Source of the DNA: Thermoleophilia bacterium
Lineage (GTDB): Bacteria > Actinomycetota > Thermoleophilia > UBA2241
Reading direction: 5' to 3'
NCBI GenBank assembly: GCA_041393415.1
Contig: JAWKKE010000001.1
Location: forward strand, 778,363 to 842,362
Length of the DNA: 64,000 nucleotides
The position numbers were made by a program, and so were the translations under genes. Shown one piece after another: positions 8,688-17,544 of the stretch. The number at the start of each line of letters is the position of its first letter. Position 1 is the first letter of the stretch. The notes under the pieces are model-generated. The model saw only the letters and a program-made list of their open reading frames with translations. It did not search any database and was not told the origin of the DNA.

Positions 8688-9929
8688 CTACATCTCTTCC
8701 GCGGCCTCACACGCCAATCTCACGCTGGCTTCGTGAAATGCCTCGCATGTCTGCTGCGTCACCCTGTTCAGGATTCGCAGCACGATGATCGTGTCCAGAG
8801 TCGGCGCAACCGCGCCGAGAGCAGAACTGACTTGCGTCAGAGAGATACCGGCATTCTGGCCCGGATCAGACATCCCGGCATTGCTGGGGCCAGCCAGAAG
8901 CAGGTCGGTGTCGCCGAGCAACCCGAGCTTGAACAAGACTCCCTTCGGGTTCGCATGGACGTTGTGACTGGCGAGCCTATAGTGAGCCCTCATGTGGTCA
9001 ATGCCTGCGTCCTCCCGAATATCCCGGAACTTCGGGTCCTTCAGACCAAGCGCATCGGCTGCCCACCCGTATTGCCGGTCGAAATCCGCACCGTACTTCG
9101 CGACCAGTTCAGCGTGCCGTCGACGAGTCGCAGCCAGTTCCGCATCACTCATACGCTCGTAGCCAAGCTTCTCGCGACACTCATCGTAGTCCCGCACCGC
9201 TCTTGCCGACTCAACGGCTTCGTGGTCAACGTATCTCTGAGCGACCAGCTCTCCGTGATGTCGGAGGAACAGCGCCACCGCGGCAATCTCGTGAAGGGTA
9301 CGCCAGCGCGCCATCGCACCATCCGAGAACCCCTCAGCGAGCAGGCAGATGATCTCGTCTGTCACCTGGCACGCCCTCGCGTGCAGTCGCAACAGCACGT
9401 CGCAAAGCACGGGGGATTCCGTCTGCTCACAGCGTCTCAGAGTCGTGTTGACGAGATCGCCAAACTCACGCGACACGGTGAGCAGCATGCGCAGTAGGTC
9501 AATGCCTTCACCCCATCGCCCGTGGAGCCGATCGCGGAAGCCGTCGCGCTCCAGCAGTTGCCTCTCCTGCTCCAGCGCCCAACTCTCGCGAAGACTGGCG
9601 AGGATCAGCTCGGACGCTTTGTCGCCGACATCGTCGACGATTGCTGATACACCCTCTGTCATGAACGTGTCGAGGCGACCATCGATCCGCGCCAGATCAG
9701 CTGCAGTGATCCGTACCTCCGTACGCTCGTTTCCCATACCGTCGTCGAATGAGAACGAGTCGCCTGCGTCGTCCTTCAGATGGCGAAAGAGATTCTCACG
9801 CTCCTCTTCCCCGACGGGAATGCCCATCGCAGCGAGCTTCTCAGTGATGACGGTCGCTGCGATTCTGTAGGGAACATCCGCAAGTTCGTGGTCGAGAATG
9901 CGCTGATACGATCCCTCGTATTCCCACAC
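8688..9929 (-). CDS. hypothetical cargo protein (~414 aa); start uncertain, longest ORF extends to 10025
   Basis: Long ORF between the integrase and tRNA. The internal GTG at 9929 follows a GGGAGGGG RBS; the longest start is a TTG at 10025. No recognisable catalytic motif. Confidence 0.4.
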   Translation of the reverse strand: MWEYEGSYQRILDHELADVPYRIAATVITEKLAAMGIPVGEEERENLFRHLKDDAGDSFSFDDGMGNERTEVRITAADLARIDGRLDTFMTEGVSAIVDDVGDKASELILASLRESWALEQERQLLERDGFRDRLHGRWGEGIDLLRMLLTVSREFGDLVNTTLRRCEQTESPVLCDVLLRLHARACQVTDEIICLLAEGFSDGAMARWRTLHEIAAVALFLRHHGELVAQRYVDHEAVESARAVRDYDECREKLGYERMSDAELAATRRRHAELVAKYGADFDRQYGWAADALGLKDPKFRDIREDAGIDHMRAHYRLASHNVHANPKGVLFKLGLLGDTDLLLAGPSNAGMSDPGQNAGISLTQVSSALGAVAPTLDTIIVLRILNRVTQQTCEAFHEASVRLACEAAEEM

Positions 9930-10425
9930 AGTGACCCCTCCCGTCCGGCCGAGGCATCTCCCCGGCACGATGGCTGCTTGCCCCGACGCACGCAGGACAG
10001 CTCGCAGCGGCGTTCCGCTCCGCAACGAGCTTGACGCCCGGACTCATCATCCACGAACACGATCTTGTCCGAAGAGGTGTACAGAGCCATCGCCAAGGTT
10101 CAGCGATTACGCTAGCATTCCCCCGTGCAGGACCGAACGGTACCCAGCGTGGTGGAGGGCACCGCCGATGTCACCGTCATATGTATCTCGCGACACCTCA
10201 ACCTCGTTGGCGACAAACAAGACTGTTCCATGAAGTACTGCACGCGGGTCGAACGCCACGAGCGTCGATCCTGGCCGTCCAACGATCACGCAGACTGCGA
10301 GCGCCTGGCGCGCCAACCCGCCATCGCTGCCAAAGCCAACGAGGGCGCGACCATTCCACAACCCACCTCACCAGCTAGGCCGCGACAGGCGATCCGCCAA
10401 CTTGGAGAGAGTCATGCGTACCTAG

Positions 10426-11775
10426 CTAGACCCACAGATCGCCCAGGAGGTCCCCTAGTTTGATCGGACGGGATCCGTACTTGAGAATCCCCAGTCCCTC
10501 AAGCCGAATGCCGACAACAGCTCGCGAAACATCGAAGAGCCCGGCCAGTCGTCGTAGCGTGACGTGCAGGTTCTGTACATTGCATGGCTGACTGTCTACG
10601 AACAGAGCGCCGAAACCCTTGTCCACAATGCCGAGCTCTCCAGCTACAGTAGCGAAGGCGCTCAGAAACGCTTCCTGTGGCAGCAACAGGCATCCCGCGA
10701 GGTAGTTGGCCTGCCACTCCAGCCGGCCTACTTCAGAGGCTTGCGTCCAGGTATCTCCATCTAGCCCAAAGTCGCTTTCTTGACAGAACTCGCGCCGCAT
10801 GTACTCCCCGTGTTTCAGGATGTGGTGGGACAACTCGTGGGCGAGGGTGAACCTCCATCTCACGGGCGACTGGTTCCGCACGAATAGCTCTATACGCAGC
10901 GGATCGAATGAGATGGCACCTAGGACCTCCTCTGAGAATGCCTCTCTGCCGCCGGCTGGGTGCTCAACAAGCTCCAAGCCGCTTCGTCGGTTCTCGAGTT
11001 CAACTACTCTCTTGAGCGACGTTGGGCCGCTCTGGTACCCCGTCCGTTCGAGAGTCTCTCTGGCCCGGTCCTCGATGTAATCGGTCGGAAGGAAGGGGAC
11101 AATACTGCTGCCTCGGGATTCCCTGTTCTGCAGTCGCGCGACTTCTTGCTGTTGAAGGCCAGAACGCGACACAACATCTCCGATAATCTTTCGCAGAGAG
11201 TTAGTCGCTATTTCTGGAGTAAGGCAGTACAGATCGTAGAAATGACTTCGGAATGATGCTTGCGTAATGGCAGACTCTATTCGCTCTCTACTATCGATCT
11301 CTTTCGAAGTCGAGATTGTGGATGCCGAACGCCTGAGTTCCCATTTGAACTGATCGCCGTCGAAGTACCTCAGAACAGCGAGTTTCTTTGATTTGGCGAA
11401 TGCGAGGGCGCCAGACTGAAGGGCAGTTCGTGTAGCAAGTATGCCTTTGACGTTCGCACCTGTTACTTGATCGATCTTCTGGTAGAACTCCTCAACATCG
11501 TCAACCGGAACCAAGTGACTGTAGTTCTTGCACTCGACCAGAACGACCAGCGAAGGTTCCTCCTCTCCCGGAAGGCTGATCTCCACGGCAATATCAAAGA
11601 CGATGTCGCTGCCCCGCGCAGCGGAGTGGTAGGGCTGCTTGCGAAGCACTCTGCAACACTCTGCCTTCGCCCAGAATCTCCCGGCCTCTATCTCGCCTTC
11701 CAAGAGCTCCGCGATCCTGACCTCCAGCGCGTCGCCGCGCGCTACGGTGCTCTGTTGGCCCTTTGTCTTGCTCAC
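10426..11775 (-). CDS. fusion protein: N-terminal Mrr-like PD-(D/E)xK restriction-endonuclease domain plus C-terminal ImmA/IrrE-family HExxH metallopeptidase domain
   Basis: N-terminal GSDIVFDIAV...LVVLVECKNY (D...E-x-K of the Mrr catalytic domain). C-terminal HELSHHILKH (HExxH) in a DUF955-like context. GTG start at 11775 after an AGGAG RBS; the longest ORF reaches 11811. Confidence 0.6.
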   Translation of the reverse strand: MSKTKGQQSTVARGDALEVRIAELLEGEIEAGRFWAKAECCRVLRKQPYHSAARGSDIVFDIAVEISLPGEEEPSLVVLVECKNYSHLVPVDDVEEFYQKIDQVTGANVKGILATRTALQSGALAFAKSKKLAVLRYFDGDQFKWELRRSASTISTSKEIDSRERIESAITQASFRSHFYDLYCLTPEIATNSLRKIIGDVVSRSGLQQQEVARLQNRESRGSSIVPFLPTDYIEDRARETLERTGYQSGPTSLKRVVELENRRSGLELVEHPAGGREAFSEEVLGAISFDPLRIELFVRNQSPVRWRFTLAHELSHHILKHGEYMRREFCQESDFGLDGDTWTQASEVGRLEWQANYLAGCLLLPQEAFLSAFATVAGELGIVDKGFGALFVDSQPCNVQNLHVTLRRLAGLFDVSRAVVGIRLEGLGILKYGSRPIKLGDLLGDLWV

Positions 11776-12131
11776 TGTGGCTGCTCCTAGCGAGGGCCGT
11801 GGACGGCGCATGACTGGTCTGCTGCCGTCCGCACAGTCCGTCTACCGCGACTCGACTCTTCTGCATGTGACCCTACCACCAGCCCGACAGGCATCCATGC
11901 AGACTGGACGTGCACGCGAGGAGGCCCGGCAGTCGTGCCTGCGAGGGTGGGTCGCGCCTCCTGCCGCCACAGCCACTGCATGCCGCCTTGTGCGCGACTG
12001 TAGCGATGCCTCTCGTCAGCAGAATGTCGGCCGAATGTCGGCGTGGGCCTTCCGCGGCGCCCAAACGAGGCCACCGACGCCGAACGCCCCAGCACGGCGG
12101 CGCCCGGTGCAGCACCAAACAGCAGGGTGGG

Positions 12132-12207
12132 TGGTGCCCCCGGCTGGAATCGAACCAGCGACACCAGGTTTAGGAAACCTGTGCTCTATCCACTGAGCTA
12201 CGAGGGC
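12132..12207 (-). tRNA. tRNA-Arg (anticodon CCT), 76 nt, CCA encoded
   Basis: Reverse complement reads GCCCTCGTAGCTCAGTGGATAGAGCACAGGTTTCCTAAACCTGGTGTCGCTGGTTCGATTCCAGCCGGGGGCACCA. Cloverleaf has a 7-bp acceptor stem, GTTCGATTC T-loop and anticodon loop TTCCTAA. Confidence 0.85.
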
Positions 12208-12300
12208 AAAGTGCTGATTTGCAGGGATTTGTCTCTGCGGTGGCCCCGCAAAGGGTACCACAAGTTGCTAATTGGCTGCTAAATCTGCAGGAAACGCGGC
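12169..12300. repeat. direct repeat copy A: 46-nt perfect core (12169-12214 = tRNA nt 1-39 plus 7 nt upstream) followed by ~85 nt of diverged flank
   Basis: 12169-12214 is identical to 17545-17590. 12215-12300 is ~75% identical to 17591-17670. Confidence 0.8.
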
Positions 12301-12507
12301 GATGGCTATCGCGCCCGCCACTTGAGCAGAAACGAGCTGCGCCAGCCCGGCCACACCGGCGACGGCTGCGATCACCGCAGCGGCCACGCCGACAATCAGA
12401 TCAGCGGTCCGCCAGATCTTGCAGTTGGCGAACTGCGACTCGGACGCCCAGAGGCAGGCTTCGTATGCCCGGCTCGCCTCGGCATCGAGTTCCTCGACTT
12501 GCGACAC
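12268..12507 (-). CDS. hypothetical small hydrophobic protein (79 aa)
   Basis: ORF with an Ala/Val-rich C-terminal helix; overlaps the att-like flank. Weak support. Confidence 0.2.
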   Translation of the reverse strand: MSQVEELDAEASRAYEACLWASESQFANCKIWRTADLIVGVAAAVIAAVAGVAGLAQLVSAQVAGAIAIAAFPADLAAN

Positions 12508-12623
12508 CCCGGATTCCCCCCTTCAAGCAGCGCGCCTTCTGCTGAGCGTCCGTCTGTGGCTCAGTATATGCTCGGCTCGTCCTGCGAGAACGAGGAAAGT
12601 CGCAGCCAGACGGGGGGCGTTCG

Positions 12624-13148
12624 ATGGGACTGACGGAGGACATCATTGCGACCGCATGCGCGGTGGCGACGGCAGGGACGAGCCGGATAGCGGCCTGCGC
12701 GCGAAGCGGCGCAAGCTGTGAGGGCTGGCTGAAGGTCGAGCTGTTGCACGCCCTGGACGGGCTGCCGGGGGTCGTGGTGACCCCCGAGGTGGGCAACGTC
12801 GACCTCACCGTCCGCCGGGGAGACGAGCTGGTTCTCTGCGAACTCAAGACCTTCCCGACAAACTACGGCCGCGCCGGCAAGCCGATCACCAACTTCATCG
12901 CCGGCGTAGTGCGCGACCTGGAGAAGCTCGCCTCGCGAACCGACGAGAAGACGAGAGGCCTAGCGATCTGGATGGCGTACTACATCCCCGAGCCCGTACC
13001 GCCGCAGTGGCCGGAGCACCTGGCCAAGGTGAGGCGTGCCGCCGCCGAGCAGCTCCACGTCGAGAAGATCCGGCTCGATGGCCCGCGGTTCGCGCACCTG
13101 TACGTGATGCTCGCAAGACAGACAGACAGCAGCCGGAGGCGCTCGTGA
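12624..13148 (+). CDS. island operon gene 1: small PD-(D/E)xK-like nuclease-fold protein (174 aa)
   Basis: Motif arrangement E(KVELLHAL)...VDLTV...GDELVLCELK (D-x(n)-E-x-K). Stop overlaps the next gene's GTG. Confidence 0.45.
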   Translation: MGLTEDIIATACAVATAGTSRIAACARSGASCEGWLKVELLHALDGLPGVVVTPEVGNVDLTVRRGDELVLCELKTFPTNYGRAGKPITNFIAGVVRDLEKLASRTDEKTRGLAIWMAYYIPEPVPPQWPEHLAKVRRAAAEQLHVEKIRLDGPRFAHLYVMLARQTDSSRRRS

Positions 13149-13720
13149 TCACGGCCCAGATCCTCAAGAAGCAGCGGGACCGGCTGCGGCTCGACGACGC
13201 GGATTGGCAGGCGCACCAGCAGCTGAAGGCCAAGTTCGCTGCGGCGCGCAAGCAGAGGGACCCGATGTACCTCACGGAGAGCGAGTTCTTCGAGGTCGCC
13301 CACTGGAAGCTCATCAACCAGTACGGGCGGGCGAAGCGCTACCTAGAGAGCAACTCGGCAGAGCGCATCGAGGCCATCACGAGCCGCGCCCTCAGCTTCC
13401 GCGACCCGGACCCCGACATCGAGATGGTCGGCCGCGTCACCATGCTGCGCGTCCTCCCCGGCGTCGGCATGGGCGTCGCCTCTGCGATCCTCGCCCTCTG
13501 CTTCCCGGAGCAGTACGCCCCGATCGACTTCCGCGTCTGGCGCCAGCTGTTCGACTCCGACCTGAGCATGTTCGAGGTCCCGGAGTACCGGCGGTATCTC
13601 AAGAGGCTGCGCGAGCTGGCAGACGAACTGGCATCGCTCGATCCCGCCAACGACTGGCCCATCCAGCTCGTCGACTACTTCGCCTGGGAGTACGACGCCG
13701 CGACCTCCAAGGCGGGCTGA
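13145..13720 (+). CDS. island operon gene 2: hypothetical protein with helix-hairpin-helix-like LPGVGxxxA motif (191 aa)
   Basis: GTG start overlapping the upstream stop (GTGA). LRVLPGVGMGVASAILALCF resembles the HhH of HhH-GPD DNA-binding proteins. Confidence 0.45.
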   Translation: MITAQILKKQRDRLRLDDADWQAHQQLKAKFAAARKQRDPMYLTESEFFEVAHWKLINQYGRAKRYLESNSAERIEAITSRALSFRDPDPDIEMVGRVTMLRVLPGVGMGVASAILALCFPEQYAPIDFRVWRQLFDSDLSMFEVPEYRRYLKRLRELADELASLDPANDWPIQLVDYFAWEYDAATSKAG

Positions 13721-14496
13721 TGCAGGACCGGTACTTCGGCGACATCGGCGACTTCGCCAAGTACGGGCTGCTGCGCGCGGTCACGGCGGGCCAGCCGTCG
13801 CTCAGCCTCGCGGTGCTCTGGTACCTCGTGCCCGACGAGTCCCACACGAAGGACGGCCGCCACATCGACTACCTCGAACCGACGACCACGAACCTCGCCC
13901 GCTTCCGGACCTGCGATCCTGAGCTCTACGATCGGCTCGGCGACCTCGTGCGAGGTGGCCGCCGCGACGTCTCTGCGGTCCCGGAACATCTCCTACTCCC
14001 TGAGGGAACCGTCTACCACGCCACTCCGCTGGACTTCTCCACAGTGCCCTGGGCCACACGGGCGGCGCTACGCCAGCGCTGGCTCGGAAGCGCCATCGAC
14101 ACGGGCGCCCGCGCGGACATCATGTTCCTCGACCCCGACAACGGTCTCGAGGTGGGCTGCGACGCCTGCGATGCCGCAGGACCCAAGTACGCCTACTACG
14201 ACGACCTCTCGGGAATCTCGACTGGCCAAACGCTGATCGTCTATCAGCACGCGACCCGCACCGGGACCTTCGAGGAGCAGCTCGAGGGCCGCATGAACGA
14301 CCTGGGGCGTTGCCTTCGCCGGCCGCAGGAGAACCTCCTGGCCATGCGCTGGCGGCGCGTGAGCCCACGCGCCTTCATCTTCGCCCTGGCCGATTCACAC
14401 CGTGCTGTGATCCTCCACAGGCTCGGGGCGATGCTCGCCTCACCGTGGGGCGGGAACTTCGAGCTCGTGCGTTCCGAACTCCTCCAAGAAGCCTGA
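13720..14496 (+). CDS. island operon gene 3: conserved hypothetical protein (258 aa), no fold assigned
   Basis: ATG overlapping the upstream TGA (TGATG). N-terminus MQDRYFGDIGDFAKYGLL; internal IMFLDPDNG motif. Confidence 0.5.
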   Translation: MQDRYFGDIGDFAKYGLLRAVTAGQPSLSLAVLWYLVPDESHTKDGRHIDYLEPTTTNLARFRTCDPELYDRLGDLVRGGRRDVSAVPEHLLLPEGTVYHATPLDFSTVPWATRAALRQRWLGSAIDTGARADIMFLDPDNGLEVGCDACDAAGPKYAYYDDLSGISTGQTLIVYQHATRTGTFEEQLEGRMNDLGRCLRRPQENLLAMRWRRVSPRAFIFALADSHRAVILHRLGAMLASPWGGNFELVRSELLQEA

Positions 14497-15050
14497 TGGC
14501 TGACTCGGTCTTCTCAGCACTGCCGGCACAGACCCAGAGCGTGCTGGCGCAGCTCTCAGCCGCGGTCGAGGGCGTCCAACCCACCAGTCTCAGGTCCTGG
14601 AAGATCGAGCCGACGGTGCTGTTGGGAGAGACCGCCGCCGCCGGCCTCCTGCGAGAAGTTTCGGACTGGGCCGGCACGGGTCAGGCGTGTCTGTACTACC
14701 TGGAGTGCCGCTCGGCCGACATCGACCTCGACAAGGTCGAAGAGGCCTTCGTCCACGCAAAGGCGCGGAAAGCGCCGGCGCGTGCCTACCCGCGTCTGAA
14801 CTCGCCGGGCGCTTGCCTCTACGTCGGGTGCTCCCGGTCTTTGGCGAAGCGGCTCAGGGAGCATCTCGGCTACGGCGCGGAAACGACCTACGCGCTGCAG
14901 CTGGCGCACTGGGCGATCCCGCTCTCGCTGCAGCTGGGCTTCTTCTGCGCGAAGTACACGGAGGAGACTCCTCCCGGCGTCATGCAAGCTCTCGAGGACA
15001 CGCTGTGGGGAATCCGACGGCCGATGTTCGGTCGCAGAGGCGCCAAGTAG
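14496..15050 (+). CDS. island operon gene 4: GIY-YIG-like nuclease-domain protein (184 aa)
   Basis: ACLYYLEC (GIY-like), then ACLYVGCSRSLAKRLREHLGYG (YIG plus conserved R and E/H). Start overlaps the upstream stop (TGATG). Confidence 0.45.
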   Translation: MADSVFSALPAQTQSVLAQLSAAVEGVQPTSLRSWKIEPTVLLGETAAAGLLREVSDWAGTGQACLYYLECRSADIDLDKVEEAFVHAKARKAPARAYPRLNSPGACLYVGCSRSLAKRLREHLGYGAETTYALQLAHWAIPLSLQLGFFCAKYTEETPPGVMQALEDTLWGIRRPMFGRRGAK

Positions 15051-15103
15051 AAACGGCCCGCGAGCCACCACACAAGTCAGTGCTACTGAAGGAGCAAGCG
15101 CAT

Positions 15104-16123
15104 ATGGGATACGACACGGTCGACGAGAGCCTGCAGCGGGGCGTTGCCCCGGAGTTCATAGGGCACCTCACCTCCGGGGTGCTTCTCCCGGTGCTCGAGC
15201 GGGTGCGGCACGACGACACGCTGACCCTGGAGATCAGGAACGGCTACGTCGACGTCTACTACCGCGGCGGGCGCGTGCTCGGCATCCACGGCAACGGCAG
15301 GTCAGGGCGCTTCCGCGCAGAGTTCGACATGAACTACTGCAACATCGACCCGGCCTACTGCCCGACTCTGCCAAAGGAGCCAGCGAAGAGCATCGCCTCG
15401 GAGGACGACGCCCGCGAGTGGGTCGAGGCGCTTGCCTCCTACAAGCAGGTCATGGACGTCTTCTTCTCCGACCACCCGAAACTCGAGCGCGAGTTCCAGC
15501 AGAACGTCCTGCGCGACAACAACCGCCACCTCGTCGGCGAGCGCACCGAGTACACGATCCTCGACATCGAGTACGCTCAGTCGCCGCGCGCCTTCCCCGA
15601 GAACTCGAACTTCCGCTTCGACATGGTCGGCATGCTCTGGCCGACGCCAGGCCGCAATCGGCGTAGCCGCCTCGCCACGCCCGTGCTCATCGAGATGAAG
15701 GCAGGTGACGGGGCGCTCGCCTCCCATGCGACGGGCGACGGCAAGCGACTGCCGGGCCTCGCGAAGCACGTCGACGACATCGAGGCCTTCCTCGAGCCCG
15801 AGCCGCCGGCCGCGACCTCGCCGCGGTACGACCTGCTGCGCACCGAGCTGACGACCACGCTGCGCCTGAAGCAAGAACTCGGCCTGCCGTCCATCCCCAA
15901 GACGATGAAGACGCTGGAGATCGAGCAGTGGAACGACCGACCCCAGGTGCTCTTCATCCTCGCCAACCACCAGCCCGCTTCGACGATCCTCAAGAAGGAG
16001 CTCGCCAAGCTCCCGCCCCGGGTGCACGCCGACTACTTCGTCGCGAAGGTGTCCTACGCCGGCTACTCGCTGTTCTCTGACAACATCACGCCGCTCGACG
16101 ATTTCATCGCCGAGATCGGCTGA
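15104..16123 (+). CDS. island operon gene 5: PD-(D/E)xK-like nuclease-fold protein (339 aa)
   Basis: AAGGAG RBS 8 nt upstream of the ATG. YTILDIEYA ...(~40 aa)... PVLIEMKAGDG fits a D...E-x-K core. Confidence 0.5.
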   Translation: MGYDTVDESLQRGVAPEFIGHLTSGVLLPVLERVRHDDTLTLEIRNGYVDVYYRGGRVLGIHGNGRSGRFRAEFDMNYCNIDPAYCPTLPKEPAKSIASEDDAREWVEALASYKQVMDVFFSDHPKLEREFQQNVLRDNNRHLVGERTEYTILDIEYAQSPRAFPENSNFRFDMVGMLWPTPGRNRRSRLATPVLIEMKAGDGALASHATGDGKRLPGLAKHVDDIEAFLEPEPPAATSPRYDLLRTELTTTLRLKQELGLPSIPKTMKTLEIEQWNDRPQVLFILANHQPASTILKKELAKLPPRVHADYFVAKVSYAGYSLFSDNITPLDDFIAEIG

Positions 16124-16131
16124 GAGCGCCC

Positions 16132-17427
16132 ATGCACTACGAGGTCCGACGCGGCAGCCGCGAGATCGGCGGCATGTGCATCGAGGTCGGCGCGGACGAC
16201 GGGACGCGCGTCCTGCTCGACCTCGGCATGCCCCTGGTCGCCGCCGACGGCGGCGACTTCCCCTGGGGCACGCCGCAGCGGCCGACCGAGGAGCTGATCG
16301 CCGAAGGCGTGCTCCTCGACATCCCTGGCGTCTTCCCGCACGACCCGTCGGCGCCGGGCGTCGCGGCCATCGTCCTGACGCACTCGCACCTCGACCACTG
16401 GGGCCTCGCACACCACGCCCATCCCGCGATACCCGTCTACGGCAGCGAGGGGACCGTGGCCATCCTCGAGGTCGGCCGGGTCTTCTTCCCCGACGCCAAG
16501 CTGCCCGCCGACCTGCGCGTCCTGCCGAAGGACCAGCCGCTGCACCTCGGTGGCGTGAGGCTCACCGCGATCCCGGTCGACCATGCCGCTCCAGACTCGC
16601 GCGCCCTGCTGGTCGAAGCCGACGGCCAACGGCTGCTCTACACCGGCGACCTGCGGGCCCACGGTCGGACGGCCTTCCGCTTCGAGCGCATGCTGCGCGA
16701 CGAGCGTCTGCACGGCGTCGACTGGCTGCTCTGCGAGGGGACGACCCTGGGGTCATCGGGCGGCTCGCACGGCCTGCGTAGCGAAGCCGATGTCGAGGAC
16801 GAGCTGCTCGAGCTGGCGCGGGCGACGCCGGAGTCACTCGTGGCGGTCGTCGCCTCCGGCCAGAACCTCGACCGCCTGGTCTCCTGCTTCCGAGCCGCGC
16901 GTCGTTCCGGCCGGCAGCTGGTCATCGACCCCTACCAGGCCTACGTGCTCATGAAGCTGGAGAGCCTCAGCGGCAGCATCCCCCAGTTCACCTGGGACGA
17001 CGTGCGCGTGAGCTTCGTGCCGCACCAGGTCGAGCGCCTCAAGGACGCCGGCCTGATGGACCTTGCCCGCAAGATGAGCGCGCAGGCTCGGGCGTCGAGC
17101 GATGAGCTCGCCGCCGAGCCGGGCCGCTTCCTGATGTGCCTGCGAGGCAGCAGAGGAGGGACCAAGCTCTTCGACAAGATCGGGGCGGAGAAGGTCACAC
17201 TCGTCTGGTCGCTGTGGAGCGGGTACTGGAAGCGCGACTACTGCCCGATGCGAGAGTGGGCCGCCCGGCACGGGATCGGTGCGCACTTCGTGCACAGCGG
17301 CGGCCACGCCTGGCCCGAGGACCTGGAGCGTCTGAAGCAGGCCATCGGGGCCAAGGAGTCGTACTGGGTCCACACCGACATGCAGGCCCCGCTCGAGCCC
17401 GACGGGCCGCCGACGGCAGGTTGCTAA
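16132..17427 (+). CDS. island operon gene 6: metallo-beta-lactamase-fold hydrolase, possibly beta-CASP (RNase J/CPSF-like) nuclease (431 aa)
   Basis: HxHxDH motif (IVLTHSHLDHWG) plus downstream His/Asp residues. Begins 9 nt after gene 5. Confidence 0.65.
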   Translation: MHYEVRRGSREIGGMCIEVGADDGTRVLLDLGMPLVAADGGDFPWGTPQRPTEELIAEGVLLDIPGVFPHDPSAPGVAAIVLTHSHLDHWGLAHHAHPAIPVYGSEGTVAILEVGRVFFPDAKLPADLRVLPKDQPLHLGGVRLTAIPVDHAAPDSRALLVEADGQRLLYTGDLRAHGRTAFRFERMLRDERLHGVDWLLCEGTTLGSSGGSHGLRSEADVEDELLELARATPESLVAVVASGQNLDRLVSCFRAARRSGRQLVIDPYQAYVLMKLESLSGSIPQFTWDDVRVSFVPHQVERLKDAGLMDLARKMSAQARASSDELAAEPGRFLMCLRGSRGGTKLFDKIGAEKVTLVWSLWSGYWKRDYCPMREWAARHGIGAHFVHSGGHAWPEDLERLKQAIGAKESYWVHTDMQAPLEPDGPPTAGC

Positions 17428-17462
17428 ATAGTTGCTAAATCTGCGGGAAACCGCAGGCTCAC
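17416..17462. repeat. copy of the att-flank arm-type motif (gttgctaaatagttgctaaatctgcgggaaaccgcagg), tandem gttgctaaat x2
   Basis: Resembles 12258-12297 (caagttgctaattggctgctaaatctgcaggaaacgcgg). Lies just after the stop of the MBL-fold gene. Confidence 0.5.
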
Positions 17463-17544
17463 CCTCGAACCAGCGGCACGGCGAGCGCCCCAGAATGCCC
17501 CGGTTTACCCTCGAACGGCCCCGTTCGGGCACCCTCCCAGCCCT

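Larger units (their letters stand above)
339..12131. mobile_element. phage/ICE-like integrated element abutting the 3' end of tRNA-Arg; left boundary undetermined and possibly outside the window
   Basis: Integrase, excisionase, replication ATPase, ParB-methylase and cargo genes lie next to the tRNA 3' end. No second copy of the tRNA 3' end was found in 1-3000 by eye. Confidence 0.4.
12208..17544. mobile_element. 5.3-kb integrase-less genomic island bounded by tRNA-Arg 5'-half direct repeats; carries the six-gene operon
   Basis: 46-nt perfect direct repeats at both ends with diverged arms (att-like). An arm-type motif ttgctaaatctgc(a/g)ggaaac is repeated at 12268-12295 and 17436-17460. Confidence 0.45.

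Noticed and set aside
12016-12282. Short ORFs overlapping the tRNA-Arg gene on both strands
   Set aside because: They overlap a well-formed tRNA and its att-like flank; no coding support.
15302-16411. 369-aa minus-strand ORF antisense to island operon genes 5 and 6
   Set aside because: Arg/Gly-rich composition with no domain signal. It overlaps translationally coupled plus-strand genes with better coding features.
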